From Candidatus Vogelbacteria bacterium (GTDB taxonomy: Bacteria; Patescibacteriota; Minisyncoccia; Phycocordibacterales; XYD1-FULL-46-19): 64,000 nt of DNA. Where the stretch lies: the NCBI GenBank assembly GCA_021414225.1, contig JAIOOX010000002.1:97118-161117 (forward strand), given 5' to 3'. The notes under the pieces are model-generated. The model saw only the letters and a program-made list of their open reading frames with translations. It searched no databases and had not been told where the DNA came from. The position numbers and the translations under genes are program-made. Of the stretch, positions 45,238-55,524 are shown in pieces. How positions within the stretch are numbered: position 1 is the first letter of the stretch; each line of letters begins with the position of its first letter.

Positions 45238-47244
45238 ATGGCAGATAAATTTAAATTAGTCACTGACTATCAACCAGCCGGAGATCAACCTCAAGCGATT
45301 GAAGGTTTGCTTAAAGGTCTCAAAAAAGGTTTCAAACACCAGACGCTTTTGGGTGTGACTGGATCTGGTAAAACTTTTACCATGGCTAATGTTATTGCCC
45401 AGATGAATAAGCCGACTTTGGTAATTGCTCACAACAAAACTCTGGCCGCACAACTGGCCCAAGAGTATCAAGATTTTTTTCCGGAGAACGCCGTCCATTA
45501 TTTTGTGTCTTACTACGACTATTATCAACCGGAGGCCTACATGCCGGTGACGGATACATATATTGAAAAAGATGCCTCTATCAACGAAGAGATTGATCGC
45601 TTGCGTCACGCCTCGACCCAAGCTCTCCTGACTCGTAGGGATGTGATTATTGTGGCGTCGGTGTCGTGTATTTACGGTTTGGGTAGCCCGAAAGATTATG
45701 CTCGAGAACATTTATTGATTAAAAAAGGTCAGACCATTTCACGAAATGAATTTCTAAAATCATTAGTTAGTATTTATTATGATCGAACTAGTGCTGATTT
45801 GACCCCAGGTACTTTTCGGGTGACTGGTAATTCGATTGAGATTATGCCGCCGTCTGAAAAAGAAGTTTACAATATTGTGGTTAGTGGGAATACGATTGAA
45901 AATATTTTACATATTGATGCTATTAGTCGTTCTATTCTTAGTGAGCCAGAGGAATTTTTCTTATTCCCAGCTAAACACTTTATTACGAGTGGTGATGCTC
46001 GCCAAAAAGCGATTAAGACTATTAAGGCTGAATTAGACCAGCAATTAAAGAAGCTAGAAAAAGAAGGCAAGTTGTTGGAGGTGGAGAGGTTAAAAAGGCG
46101 GACTACTTATGACTTGGCCATGATTGCTGAGATTGGTTACACCAGTGGGATAGAAAACTATTCTCGCCATATGTCAGGACGGAAAGCTGGTGAAGCTCCT
46201 GATACTCTCTTGGAATACTTTCCAAAAAAAGCGGACGGCTCTCCAGATTTTCTCACGGTGATTGATGAGTCGCATGTCACTATTCCGCAAGTGGGTGGGA
46301 TGTATGCAGGGGATGCTAGTCGGAAAAAAACTTTGATTGAGTTTGGTTTTAGGTTGCCTAGTGCTCTGGATAACAGACCACTTAAATTTGATGAATTTGA
46401 AAAGCGGATAGGACAAGCGGTCTATACTAGTGCTACACCTAGTAACTATGAACGAGATCATTCCGAGCAAGTGGTTGAGCAAATCATTCGTCCGACTGGT
46501 TTGATTGATCCAGAGTTAACTATTCGACCAGTAGTGCAAAAAGGTCCTTACCCAGGCCAAGTGCAAGATTTTATTACTCAAGCCAAAATAGAAATCAAAA
46601 AAGGTTTTCGAGCGATTGGGACGACACTGACTAAAAAGATGGCCGAAGATTTGGCAGAATTTCTAAAAGCGGAGGGTATTAAAGCGGAATATTTACACAG
46701 TGAAATAAAAACTTTAGAGCGAATTCAAATTTTAACTAACTTCCGCAAAGGAACCTTTGATTGTTTGATTGGGGTCAACTTACTGCGCGAAGGTCTCGAT
46801 CTACCAGAGGTGTCATTTATTGGTATCCTCGACGCTGACAAAGAAGGGTTTTTGCGATCTGAGACATCGTTAATTCAAACGATTGGCCGAGCGGCACGTA
46901 ATAGTGCAGGGCGGGTAACTCTCTATGCTGATGTGGTAACTGGTTCGATGCAGAAAGCGATTGATGAGACTAATCGTCGCCGGAAGATTCAGGTGGCTTA
47001 CAATACTAAACATGGCATTACCCCAACCACCATTAAGAAAAATATTAAAGATATTACCGAAAACTTAATGAGCGAACGGGAGAAAGCGGTGCGCAATTTG
47101 CTAGCTATCGATCAGGTAGCTTATGGTGGCAATATCAAAAAACTAATTAAAGATAAAGAAAAGCAAATGAGCCAGGCGGTTAAAGACTTGGATTTTGAAA
47201 CCGCGGCTATCTTACGGGATGAGATTAAAGCATTGACAAATTAG
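45238..47244 (+). CDS. uvrB: excinuclease ABC subunit B
   Basis: GVTGSGKTFTMA Walker A, the beta-hairpin region, DESH Walker B, helicase motifs and the C-terminal UvrB-UvrC interaction helix (AAILRDEIKAL). Confidence 0.95.
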   Translation: MADKFKLVTDYQPAGDQPQAIEGLLKGLKKGFKHQTLLGVTGSGKTFTMANVIAQMNKPTLVIAHNKTLAAQLAQEYQDFFPENAVHYFVSYYDYYQPEAYMPVTDTYIEKDASINEEIDRLRHASTQALLTRRDVIIVASVSCIYGLGSPKDYAREHLLIKKGQTISRNEFLKSLVSIYYDRTSADLTPGTFRVTGNSIEIMPPSEKEVYNIVVSGNTIENILHIDAISRSILSEPEEFFLFPAKHFITSGDARQKAIKTIKAELDQQLKKLEKEGKLLEVERLKRRTTYDLAMIAEIGYTSGIENYSRHMSGRKAGEAPDTLLEYFPKKADGSPDFLTVIDESHVTIPQVGGMYAGDASRKKTLIEFGFRLPSALDNRPLKFDEFEKRIGQAVYTSATPSNYERDHSEQVVEQIIRPTGLIDPELTIRPVVQKGPYPGQVQDFITQAKIEIKKGFRAIGTTLTKKMAEDLAEFLKAEGIKAEYLHSEIKTLERIQILTNFRKGTFDCLIGVNLLREGLDLPEVSFIGILDADKEGFLRSETSLIQTIGRAARNSAGRVTLYADVVTGSMQKAIDETNRRRKIQVAYNTKHGITPTTIKKNIKDITENLMSEREKAVRNLLAIDQVAYGGNIKKLIKDKEKQMSQAVKDLDFETAAILRDEIKALTN

Positions 47245-47345
47245 ATTAATAGGTGTATAATCAATAATAGGATATAGTTAGGTCTGAAAGAATTTCAAAC
47301 CAGTTGTTTGAGGTTTTGTTAGATCTTTTCAAAAGGAATAGAAAG

Positions 47346-47714
47346 ATGAAGACGAAAGGGTTTACCTTTATTGAGACGGTGATTGCGGTGCTTGTGGTTG
47401 TTGTCATAATGGCGTCCACAATCCCTCTTCTCAATAATTCTGGTCGGGATCAGGGCCAGATCATGGACAACTTCAGCGACCTGCTGTCAGATAAGGATAC
47501 TGTCTGGATTCATTCGGCGGTAATACTTGCTCCCCCGCACGATAAGAAATGGCTGATCCTATTCTCCCGCTCCGCAGGTCAACCATTGAGAGCGGTGTGG
47601 TTTGAGGATCGGTTGGATTCTGGTGAGTATGTCTGGTTGGCAACAGACAAAAAAATGCTTCTTGTTCCACCGACGCCAATTGGCAAGGTTGGAGTGAAGC
47701 CTGGCGAAGGCTAA
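47346..47714 (+). CDS. prepilin-type N-terminal cleavage/methylation-domain protein (pilin/pseudopilin-like)
   Basis: An AAGGAATAGAAAG RBS, then MKTKGFTFIETVIAVLVVVVIMA, a class III signal peptide (G-F-T-x-x-E). GC is high relative to the flanks. The track ORF starts earlier, at 47304. The gene is inserted between uvrB and uvrA. Confidence 0.65.
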   Translation: MKTKGFTFIETVIAVLVVVVIMASTIPLLNNSGRDQGQIMDNFSDLLSDKDTVWIHSAVILAPPHDKKWLILFSRSAGQPLRAVWFEDRLDSGEYVWLATDKKMLLVPPTPIGKVGVKPGEG

Positions 47715-47737
47715 AAACTTTGCCAATAATCTTAAGT

Positions 47738-47774
47738 CGGGCGCGTCCATCGAGGCGCGCCCGGTTTTTCTTTT
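47738..47774 (+). terminator. rho-independent terminator
   Basis: CGGGCGCG-tccatcgagg-CGCGCCCG followed by GTTTTTCTTTTC. Confidence 0.7.
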
Positions 47775-47844
47775 CTCTGAAGAATATGCTAAAGTACGAT
47801 ACACATACCCTAGAGCAAGTGCTCGGGGCTTTGTCTGTAACTAT

Positions 47845-50499
47845 ATGAAGCACTCAGAAGAAAAATATATCAATATTAAGGGGGCGCGAACTCACAACCT
47901 CAAGAATATCGACGTCAAAATCCCTCGAGATAAGATGACGGTTATTACTGGTCTCTCTGGCTCGGGTAAATCAAGCCTTGCTTTTGATACTATTTTTGCG
48001 GAAGGTCAGCGCCGTTATGTAGAATCTTTGTCGGCCTATGCCAGACAGTTTTTGCGTCAGATGCAAAAGCCAGATGTTGATGAGATTACCGGTCTTTCTC
48101 CAGCGATTTCTATTGATCAAAAATCTCGGTCCCAAAACCCGCGCTCGACTGTGGCGACTATTACTGAAATATATGATTATTTGCGCGTGTTATTTGCGCG
48201 GATTGGCCGACCGCATTGTCTAGTTTGTGGTGAAGAGATAAAAAAACTTTCCAATGAAGAAATAGTTGGATTAGTGCTAGATAAAGTAACGGGCAAGCCT
48301 GGTAAAGAGTATGAGACTGGTTTTACCTTGCAAATTTACGCACCACTCGTGCGTGGTCGGAAGGGGGAATACTATCAACTACTGTATGATTTGTTGGATA
48401 AAGGTTATAGCCAAGTTCTAATTGATACTAAACGTTATAAATTACGCGAGCAGATAGTGTTGGGAAAAACTAGTAAGCACGATATCGATGTATTAGTTGA
48501 TGAAATAGATGTACCAGATTTTAATCGCGAAGTAGCCAAGAAGGGTAGTAATTTGAGTAAAAGTATTGATACGGCAGTTTACGATAATGCAATTAGTCGG
48601 TTATCTGAAGGAGTGGAGAGAGCCTTAAAAGAAACTGATGGGTTGGTGCGAATTGTGGTTGGTAAAGATACTGATAAAACTGATATTTTGGCAAAGGCGA
48701 AGGAGTCTTTTTTGTTGTCGGCTAAGTTCTCTTGTCCTAACGATGGTTTTTCTTACCCAGAAATTGAACCACGCTTGTTCTCTTTTAACTCACCATATGG
48801 GGCTTGTCCTGAGTGTCATGGTTTGGGTACTAAACATATGTTTGGTGAAGAAGCTTGTCCGGTCTGTGGTGGCTCACGACTCCGCCAAGAATCACTCCAT
48901 GTTTTCTTGAAGGATGCAAAAAATAAATTAAATATTGTAAATGTTACCAGTTTATCAATCAAAGACGCTTTTGAATTTTTTGGAGGTTTAAAATTAACCA
49001 AAAAAGAGCAGGAGATTGCTGAAGCGGTTTTGAAAGAAATAGAATCACGGATCAAATTTTTACTGGATGTTGGTTTGGACTACATTTCCCTTGATCGTAA
49101 AGCCAACACCTTATCCGGAGGGGAAGCTCAGCGTATTCGACTGGCTTCACAGCTTGGTTCACGACTAGTGGGAACGCTTTATGTACTTGATGAGCCGACT
49201 ATTGGTCTGCATAGTCGTGATAATGATCGCTTGATCACAACGTTACTTAACTTGCGGGATTTGGGTAACACTATTGTGGTGGTAGAACATGATGAGGATA
49301 CAATCTTTGCGTCTGATTATTTGGTTGATATTGGTCCAGGAGCGGGGATTCACGGTGGTAATGTGGTGGTGGCTGATGAGACTGAAACACTTTTGACAGC
49401 TAAGAAGAACATTTTTAATTCTTTAACGGTAGACTACTTGCGTGGTGATAAAATGGTGACCGCCCCAGATAAGCGGCGGACTTCAGAGAAGGGTCAAATA
49501 AAAATCAGAAACGGCAATATTTTTAATATTAAAAACTTAAATGTTGATATTCCTTTAGGGCGATTGGTGGCGATTACTGGCGTTTCTGGCTCAGGTAAAT
49601 CCTCTTTTGTGTATGAAATTTTACACAAAAATCTTCAAGCTCGGTTTGATCGACGTTATCGGTCTAATGAAACTTTTAACTGTGCTGAATTTTCTGGTAG
49701 TGAATATCTCGGTCGAGCTATTTTAATTGACCAATCTCCAATTGGTCGCACACCACGCTCTAATCCTGTTACTTATACTGGTTCTTTTTCTTTTATGCGA
49801 GAGTTGTTTGCTTCGACTGAGTTGGCCAAAGTGCGTGGTTGGAAACCGTCTCGCTTTTCTTTTAACGTGAAAGGTGGTCGCTGTGAAGCTTGTCAGGGTA
49901 ATGGGACGATTGCAGTGGAAATGCACTTTTTGCCAACGGTGTATGTAAACTGTGACGTCTGCAATGGCACCCGTTACCAAAAAGAGACTTTGGAGATTTT
50001 GTATAAAAAGAAAAATATTAAAGATGTGTTAGATATGACTGTAGAAGAGGCTCTAACTTTCTTCGAAGATATTCCAGCTATTTATGATCGGATAAAAACA
50101 TTGTCAGAGGTTGGTTTGGGTTATTTGAAGCTTGGTCAATCTGCTACGACCCTCTCTGGTGGGGAGGCTCAGCGAGTGAAGATTTCTTCAGAACTTTACC
50201 GACCGTTTGTCCAAAGATCAATTTATATTTTAGATGAGCCTACTGTTGGCTTACACTATGAAGACGTTAATAATCTGGTGGCTATCTTACAAAAGCTTGT
50301 AGACAAAGGTAATACGGTGGTGGTGATTGAACACAACCTAGACGTGATTAAATGTGCTGATTATATTGTTGATCTTGGTCCGGAAGGTGGTAAAGGGGGA
50401 GGTGATTTGGTGGCTAAAGGCACACCAGAAGAGGTGATTAACAATTATGACTCACATACGGCAAACTATTTACGAAAAATTTTGAAGCGGAAGAAATAA
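47845..50499 (+). CDS. uvrA: excinuclease ABC subunit A
   Basis: Two ABC modules ([12 protein letters not shown] and [11 protein letters not shown]), the signatures [12 protein letters not shown] and [10 protein letters not shown], and zinc-finger Cys clusters ([14 protein letters not shown]; [14 protein letters not shown]). Confidence 0.95.
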   Translation: MKHSEEKYINIKGARTHNLKNIDVKIPRDKMTVITGLSGSGKSSLAFDTIFAEGQRRYVESLSAYARQFLRQMQKPDVDEITGLSPAISIDQKSRSQNPRSTVATITEIYDYLRVLFARIGRPHCLVCGEEIKKLSNEEIVGLVLDKVTGKPGKEYETGFTLQIYAPLVRGRKGEYYQLLYDLLDKGYSQVLIDTKRYKLREQIVLGKTSKHDIDVLVDEIDVPDFNREVAKKGSNLSKSIDTAVYDNAISRLSEGVERALKETDGLVRIVVGKDTDKTDILAKAKESFLLSAKFSCPNDGFSYPEIEPRLFSFNSPYGACPECHGLGTKHMFGEEACPVCGGSRLRQESLHVFLKDAKNKLNIVNVTSLSIKDAFEFFGGLKLTKKEQEIAEAVLKEIESRIKFLLDVGLDYISLDRKANTLSGGEAQRIRLASQLGSRLVGTLYVLDEPTIGLHSRDNDRLITTLLNLRDLGNTIVVVEHDEDTIFASDYLVDIGPGAGIHGGNVVVADETETLLTAKKNIFNSLTVDYLRGDKMVTAPDKRRTSEKGQIKIRNGNIFNIKNLNVDIPLGRLVAITGVSGSGKSSFVYEILHKNLQARFDRRYRSNETFNCAEFSGSEYLGRAILIDQSPIGRTPRSNPVTYTGSFSFMRELFASTELAKVRGWKPSRFSFNVKGGRCEACQGNGTIAVEMHFLPTVYVNCDVCNGTRYQKETLEILYKKKNIKDVLDMTVEEALTFFEDIPAIYDRIKTLSEVGLGYLKLGQSATTLSGGEAQRVKISSELYRPFVQRSIYILDEPTVGLHYEDVNNLVAILQKLVDKGNTVVVIEHNLDVIKCADYIVDLGPEGGKGGGDLVAKGTPEEVINNYDSHTANYLRKILKRKK

Positions 50500-50876
50500 A
50501 AAAGAAGAGCCCGGCAGCGTAAAAGCGTACCGAGCCCCAGGTGAGGAGAAATTTCCTAACAGTTCTAGCTAAAGGTAAACAGAACAACACTACCTTCTTT
50601 ACTACGTTTTGGGCCGTAGTACCTTCATCTGCCGCAGAGTCCGACAGATTATGGTTTTGGGGAGAGTGTGTTCAAATGCTCTTTAGTATAACTTTTTTGG
50701 GTTCTCCTGTCTCCGTAATGAATCCTACCACTATCTATTTTTATGTCAATAGTTTTTATAAAAAATATGGAAGAAAAAAGGCCCCGGTAACTCATCTTGC
50801 GACAAGTTAGCAACGGGACCAGAATGGGGATGAGGATTTCGGTGAGTCAGACACCATCCACTTGTTGCCGGATTGT

Positions 50877-50975
50877 TCAATTTGCTTGCGCAAATAATTT
50901 TACAATCTGTGTTAGTAACAGAGCAAGAGTGACAGTAAATCCAACCAGACCTAGTATCCATATTTTATTATACAT
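50877..50975 (-). CDS. possible mini membrane peptide (32 aa)
   Basis: The minus strand encodes MYNKIWILGLVGFTVTLALLLTQIVKLFAQAN. There is no obvious SD. It lies inside a ~520-bp uvrA-uvrC intergenic region. Confidence 0.15.
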   Translation of the reverse strand: MYNKIWILGLVGFTVTLALLLTQIVKLFAQAN

Positions 50976-51022
50976 TTACATAGTCTTTTGTCAAGTATTT
51001 TTAAGTATGGTACATTTAAACA

Positions 51023-52240
51023 ATGGAAAATAAGGCTGTTTTAGTAAAAACCCTTCCCGATAAACCGGGGGTCTATTTCTTCAAAACCAAGAAGAAGCTT
51101 TTATATATTGGTAAAGCTACTTCGCTGAAAGATCGAGTTAAAAGCTATTTTAATAAAGATATAGTTGCCACTCGCGGACCAAAGATTGAAAAAATGATTG
51201 CCTTGGCTGACTCGGTTGAGTTTGAGGAAACAAACTCAGTTTTAGAAGCCCTTATTTTAGAAGCAGCTTTAATTAAAAAACATCAACCAGAATATAATAC
51301 TCGAGAAAAAGATGATAAGAGTTTTTGGTCGGTGATTATTACTAAAGAAGATTGGCCTCGATTACTGTCAGTTAGAGGAAAGGATCTGATAACTGATATT
51401 GATCCAGATACTATTAAGTATAGTTTTGGTCCCTTTCCCCACGGATCTGAATTAAAAGAGGCGTTGAAAATTATTCGTCGGATTTTTCCGTATCGTGATA
51501 AGTGTGAACCAGAGTCAGGTAAGCCGTGTTTTAATCGACAGATTGGTCTTTGTCCGGGGGTGTGTTCGGGAGAAATTTCCAAAGCGGATTATGCGAAAGT
51601 GATCAGAAACTTGAAGTTATTTTTTGATGGTAAAAAATCGGAATTGATAAAAACTCTGGAAAAGGAGATGAAACAACTGGCTAAGTTAAAAAAATTTGAA
51701 CTAGCCGCTAAAATTCGTAACCAGATTTTTGCCCTTAATCATATTCGAGATGTGGCTTTAATTAAGAATCAACCAACGACGGAAAATAGAGGCTTTAAAA
51801 TTGAAGCTTACGATATCGCTCACTTGTCTGGACAGGATACGGTGGGGGTGATGGTGGTGTCGATTGGGAATGATTTAGATAAAACTAGTTATCGGAAGTT
51901 TAAACTAAAAGGTTTAACTAAAAACAAGGCCGACGATACTGCTAATTTGGCTGAAGTGTTACAACGACGGTTTACTCACCAAGAGTGGCGTTACCCAGAT
52001 CTAATTGTGGTTGATGGGGGACAAGCCCAGATCAATCGAGCCAAAAAAGTGTTAGCTGGTTTAGATGTGGTTATTCCTGTTGTGTCGGTGGTTAAAGATG
52101 AACGTCATAAACCGCGAGACTTTATGGGAGATGAGATGCTAATAAAAAAATATGAATCAGAAATTTTATTGGCCAACAACGAAGCCCACAGATTTGCACT
52201 CGCTTATCATAGGAATCGTCGCGACCGCATGGTAAAATAG
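51023..52240 (+). CDS. uvrC: excinuclease ABC subunit C-like (short, GIY-YIG plus endonuclease domain)
   Basis: N-terminal GIY-YIG (PGVYFFKTKKKLLYIGKATSLKDRVKSYF...EALILEAALIKKHQPEYN), a Cys-rich UvrB-binding-like region and an RNase-H-like region (YDIAHLSGQDTVGVMVV). Only 405 aa, so the C-terminal (HhH)2 is probably absent. Confidence 0.75.
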   Translation: MENKAVLVKTLPDKPGVYFFKTKKKLLYIGKATSLKDRVKSYFNKDIVATRGPKIEKMIALADSVEFEETNSVLEALILEAALIKKHQPEYNTREKDDKSFWSVIITKEDWPRLLSVRGKDLITDIDPDTIKYSFGPFPHGSELKEALKIIRRIFPYRDKCEPESGKPCFNRQIGLCPGVCSGEISKADYAKVIRNLKLFFDGKKSELIKTLEKEMKQLAKLKKFELAAKIRNQIFALNHIRDVALIKNQPTTENRGFKIEAYDIAHLSGQDTVGVMVVSIGNDLDKTSYRKFKLKGLTKNKADDTANLAEVLQRRFTHQEWRYPDLIVVDGGQAQINRAKKVLAGLDVVIPVVSVVKDERHKPRDFMGDEMLIKKYESEILLANNEAHRFALAYHRNRRDRMVK

Positions 52241-52359
52241 TTACGTAATCCTAACTTTAATTTAATACACATAAAAATTTGTTAATTTTTTGTTCTGCTC
52301 GTCTACCCGCCTGCGCAAGATTAAATTAACATTAGGATTATTCCACTTTCTATAATAAC

Positions 52360-53817
52360 GTGAACGAAATAGAGCAATTTAGAATAGAATCAAATATCCG
52401 CTTCGTTTTGATGAGGTGGTTTTATTTGATATTGGGAATAGGTTTTTCCGCTCTAATTATTTATTTACAAAGTCAGACCTCTTCCGCCTTAGCTCTGCCC
52501 ACCCAAACAGTTGGGGTGGTGGGACCTTTAATGATTGTTTTTTTTGGATCGGCGTTGTTTAACTTCGTTCTTCTTTTTCTTTGTCAGTACATTGAGAACA
52601 AACAATCAGTTTTACTAAGTCAGTTAATTAGCTGTCTGCAGATTTGTGTTGATTTAATACTGACAGGGGTGGTGGTTTTGTTCTTGTATCCAGAATTTAC
52701 TTGGTCAGCTTGGTTGCTACTTATTCCTCTGGTTGAAGCTGTTGTCTTGTTTAACTCATTTGGGCCGATTATGGTTGGCTTGATCTCTGGATTGATTTTG
52801 ATAGTTGTTCGATTGGGTGGTCTTTACCTACCAAGTCCTCTTTTAATAGGCTCGGAGTTGGCTTATGGGGCTAGTTACTTACTAATAGCTTTGGTCTTGT
52901 CTCATAACTATCAACTGATCAAGCCTTTTAATATTTTCTCTGTTCATAAAAAGGTAGTAAAACAAAATCTGGCTCATGATGAGCAACTGCAGTGGGTGCG
53001 GAAATATGGTCAAAAAATGGAAGAAAATAACCGCAAGCTTTACGCTAAAGAACTGGAGTTGAAACTAGCAAAACAAGAATTAGCTGCTTTAGATGAAGCT
53101 AAGTCAAAATTTATTTCAGTGACCGCTCACCAGATGAGAACACCGCTATCTGGTATTAAATGGACCTTTAATATGTTGATGTCTGGTCAATTAGGCTCGG
53201 TTAATGATGAACAAAAGAAGTTTATTAACCAAGGTTCAGAAGGGGTGGAAAAAATGATTTCCATTGTTAACAATTTACTTCATGTTGATAATATCGAAAC
53301 TAAATGGTCAGAAATTAAGCTAAACGAAGTGGATGTTGAGTCGCTGTTAGATAATGTATTGGCAGAGTTTTCTAACCAAATAGCTAGTAAGAAAATTAAC
53401 TTTAAATTAGAAAAACCAGAAAAGGCTTTACCGGTAGTTGAAGCGGATCCGGGTAAATTGAGAATGGTGCTAGAAAACCTGATTGATAATGCTATTAAAT
53501 ATACCCCAGAAGGTGGTACGGTAATACTTAAAGTTGACGATCAAAAAATTAATACAGCCAATAATTCCTTGGAGATTATTGTCAAAGATAGTGGTATTGG
53601 TATCCCTAAGAGTGAACAATCTAAAGTGTTTCAGAAGTTTTTCCGAGCTTCTAATGCAGTAGCTACTGAGCCAGATGGTAGTGGGGTTGGTTTATACATC
53701 ACCAAAGACATTATAGAAGGCCATCATGGAGCTTTGTGGTTTGAAAGTAACCCTAATCAGGGAACGGAATTTCATTTCACCTTGCCAATTCGCCAACCCT
53801 TAGTGGCTAAGGTATAA
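52360..53817 (+). CDS. sensor histidine kinase (multi-TM N-terminus)
   Basis: At least 5 TM helices, then a HisKA phospho-acceptor box (SVTAHQMRTPLSGI) and HATPase_c N/G1/G2 boxes (NLIDNAIKYT, DSGIGI, GSGVGL). Confidence 0.85.
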   Translation: MNEIEQFRIESNIRFVLMRWFYLILGIGFSALIIYLQSQTSSALALPTQTVGVVGPLMIVFFGSALFNFVLLFLCQYIENKQSVLLSQLISCLQICVDLILTGVVVLFLYPEFTWSAWLLLIPLVEAVVLFNSFGPIMVGLISGLILIVVRLGGLYLPSPLLIGSELAYGASYLLIALVLSHNYQLIKPFNIFSVHKKVVKQNLAHDEQLQWVRKYGQKMEENNRKLYAKELELKLAKQELAALDEAKSKFISVTAHQMRTPLSGIKWTFNMLMSGQLGSVNDEQKKFINQGSEGVEKMISIVNNLLHVDNIETKWSEIKLNEVDVESLLDNVLAEFSNQIASKKINFKLEKPEKALPVVEADPGKLRMVLENLIDNAIKYTPEGGTVILKVDDQKINTANNSLEIIVKDSGIGIPKSEQSKVFQKFFRASNAVATEPDGSGVGLYITKDIIEGHHGALWFESNPNQGTEFHFTLPIRQPLVAKV

Positions 53818-53857
53818 TACCAGTAAGGTTTTTAATAAGTTTAAAATTTCTATATTT

Positions 53858-54232
53858 ATGGCCAAACAAAAGATATTAATAGTGGAAGACGATGAATTTC
53901 TTCGTTCTTTGACCGCTAAACGTCTAGAGAAGGAGGGATATGATCTGGCTATTGCGGCTGATGGCGACAGTGCTGTTACTACTGCTGAGAAAGAAAAACC
54001 AGATCTAATCTTACTGGATTTATTGTTGCCTGGGACGAATGGTTTTCAAGCACTAGAAAAGATGCGAGCGATTGATGGTTTAGGTAAAACACCAGTGGTG
54101 GTGTTTTCCAACTTAGGTCAAAAAGAAGATATTGAAAAAGCTAAAGGTTTGGGGGCTAACGACTTTCTAATTAAAGCCAACTTCACTCTTGATGATGTTG
54201 TAGCCAAAGTTAAATCTTATTTGCCACAGTAA
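53858..54232 (+). CDS. single-domain response regulator (CheY-like receiver)
   Basis: The receiver fold is ILIVEDDE...PDLILLDLLLP...SNLGQKED...K. The phospho-acceptor Asp is in the LDLLLP context. There is no output domain. Confidence 0.8.
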   Translation: MAKQKILIVEDDEFLRSLTAKRLEKEGYDLAIAADGDSAVTTAEKEKPDLILLDLLLPGTNGFQALEKMRAIDGLGKTPVVVFSNLGQKEDIEKAKGLGANDFLIKANFTLDDVVAKVKSYLPQ

Positions 54233-54238
54233 ATTTAT

Positions 54239-55207
54239 ATGTCAAAGACACGAGTTGGAGTCCTACGAGGGGGAGTTGGACACGAATATGACGTGTCCTT
54301 GTCTACTGGTGCTGGTGTCTTAAAAACTTTATCTCGGGATAAATATGAACCAGTTGATTTGTTGATCACCAAAAACGGTGACTGGCATGTTCACGGTGTG
54401 CCTGTGATTCCAGGGGCTTTGCCTAAATATGTTGACGTTGTTTTCAATGCTTTGCATGGTGAATTTGGTGAAGACGGCCAAGTTCAAAAAGTCTTAGATA
54501 CGATTGGTATACCCTACACTGGTTCAGGTCATTACGCCTCGGCGGTTAGTATTAATAAAACCCAAACCAATGCAATTTTAAAAAATAAGGGACTGAAAGT
54601 GCCTCATAATATAAGTTTTGCTTTCGATGGGCGCGAAGTTGATGATTATGCTCGAGAAGTTTTTTTAAAAGTATCTCCACCGTGGATAGTTAAGCCGGCT
54701 GATCGAGGCTCATCAGTAGGAATTACAGTAGTTAAACATTTTCCTGATTTGGCAGACGCCATTGCTAAAGCCTTTACCGTTTCTGACTACGTATTGGTTG
54801 AAGAATATATCAAAGGTAAAGAAGCAACTTGTGGGGTGATTAATAATTTTCGCGGTCAGGCTCAATATGCTTTACCACCAATTGAAATTCGCCGACCAGG
54901 GGAGTCAGCGTTTTGGAATTATGATGACAAGTATTCAGGGGTCACTCAAGAAATTTGTCCTGGCAATTTTACTGCTGAAGAAAAAAAACAAATGGAGGAT
55001 ATAGCGGTTATGGTCCATGATTATCTAGATTTGCGCCACTATTCACGAACAGACTTCATCCTTTCTCCGAGAGGAATCTATGTGTTAGAGACAAACACTT
55101 TACCAGGTTTGACTCCGAACTCTACTTTGCCGAAAGCTTTGGAAGCGGTCGGGTGTTCCTATTCAGATTTTCTTGATCATTTGATTGTCTTAGCCTTAAA
55201 TAAGTAA
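54239..55207 (+). CDS. ddl: D-alanine--D-alanine ligase
   Basis: N-terminal VGVLRGGVGHEYDVSL and an ATP-grasp core (VKPADRGSSVGI, ...ETNTLPGLT). Confidence 0.85.
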   Translation: MSKTRVGVLRGGVGHEYDVSLSTGAGVLKTLSRDKYEPVDLLITKNGDWHVHGVPVIPGALPKYVDVVFNALHGEFGEDGQVQKVLDTIGIPYTGSGHYASAVSINKTQTNAILKNKGLKVPHNISFAFDGREVDDYAREVFLKVSPPWIVKPADRGSSVGITVVKHFPDLADAIAKAFTVSDYVLVEEYIKGKEATCGVINNFRGQAQYALPPIEIRRPGESAFWNYDDKYSGVTQEICPGNFTAEEKKQMEDIAVMVHDYLDLRHYSRTDFILSPRGIYVLETNTLPGLTPNSTLPKALEAVGCSYSDFLDHLIVLALNK

Positions 55208-55211
55208 CTAT

Positions 55212-55523
55212 ATGAGAAAAATTGAAACTTTGGATAATGAGCCAGCTTGGAATGAAATTTCCCTAGAGGAGAAAAAGCAATTAGCGGAATATTTAGAATA
55301 TACAGACACTGGAGCAGTCGCAGATCTATCTTTTGAAGAATTAGAAATACAAAAAATTAGATTGGAAGGAGAAATTAAAGAAATTTTGGAGGAAATTAAG
55401 AAGTTAGATAAAACAGAAGCTGAAGGTGTTAAAATGAGAGTTGCTTATCTAGAAGAGGTTAGTAATATTATGGCTAAATTATTAGGCACCGGTCAGATTA
55501 TCAGATTAGAACTCAGACAATAA
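55212..55523 (+). CDS. hypothetical coiled-coil protein
   Basis: 103 aa, Glu/Lys-rich with heptad-like repeats. The start lies 4 nt after the ddl stop. Confidence 0.4.
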   Translation: MRKIETLDNEPAWNEISLEEKKQLAEYLEYTDTGAVADLSFEELEIQKIRLEGEIKEILEEIKKLDKTEAEGVKMRVAYLEEVSNIMAKLLGTGQIIRLELRQ

Positions 55524-55524
55524 T

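Noticed and set aside
50541-50810. ORF-track ORF 50541..50810 (+, GTG start) in the uvrA-uvrC gap
   Set aside because: It has no Shine-Dalgarno, a low-complexity product, and does not fill the gap in frame with its neighbours.
53858-55207. Interpretation of the HK-RR-ddl cluster as a vanS/vanR/vanA-type resistance locus
   Set aside because: The response regulator lacks a DNA-binding output domain and no vanH/vanX homologs are adjacent. The ddl gene looks like the housekeeping ligase.
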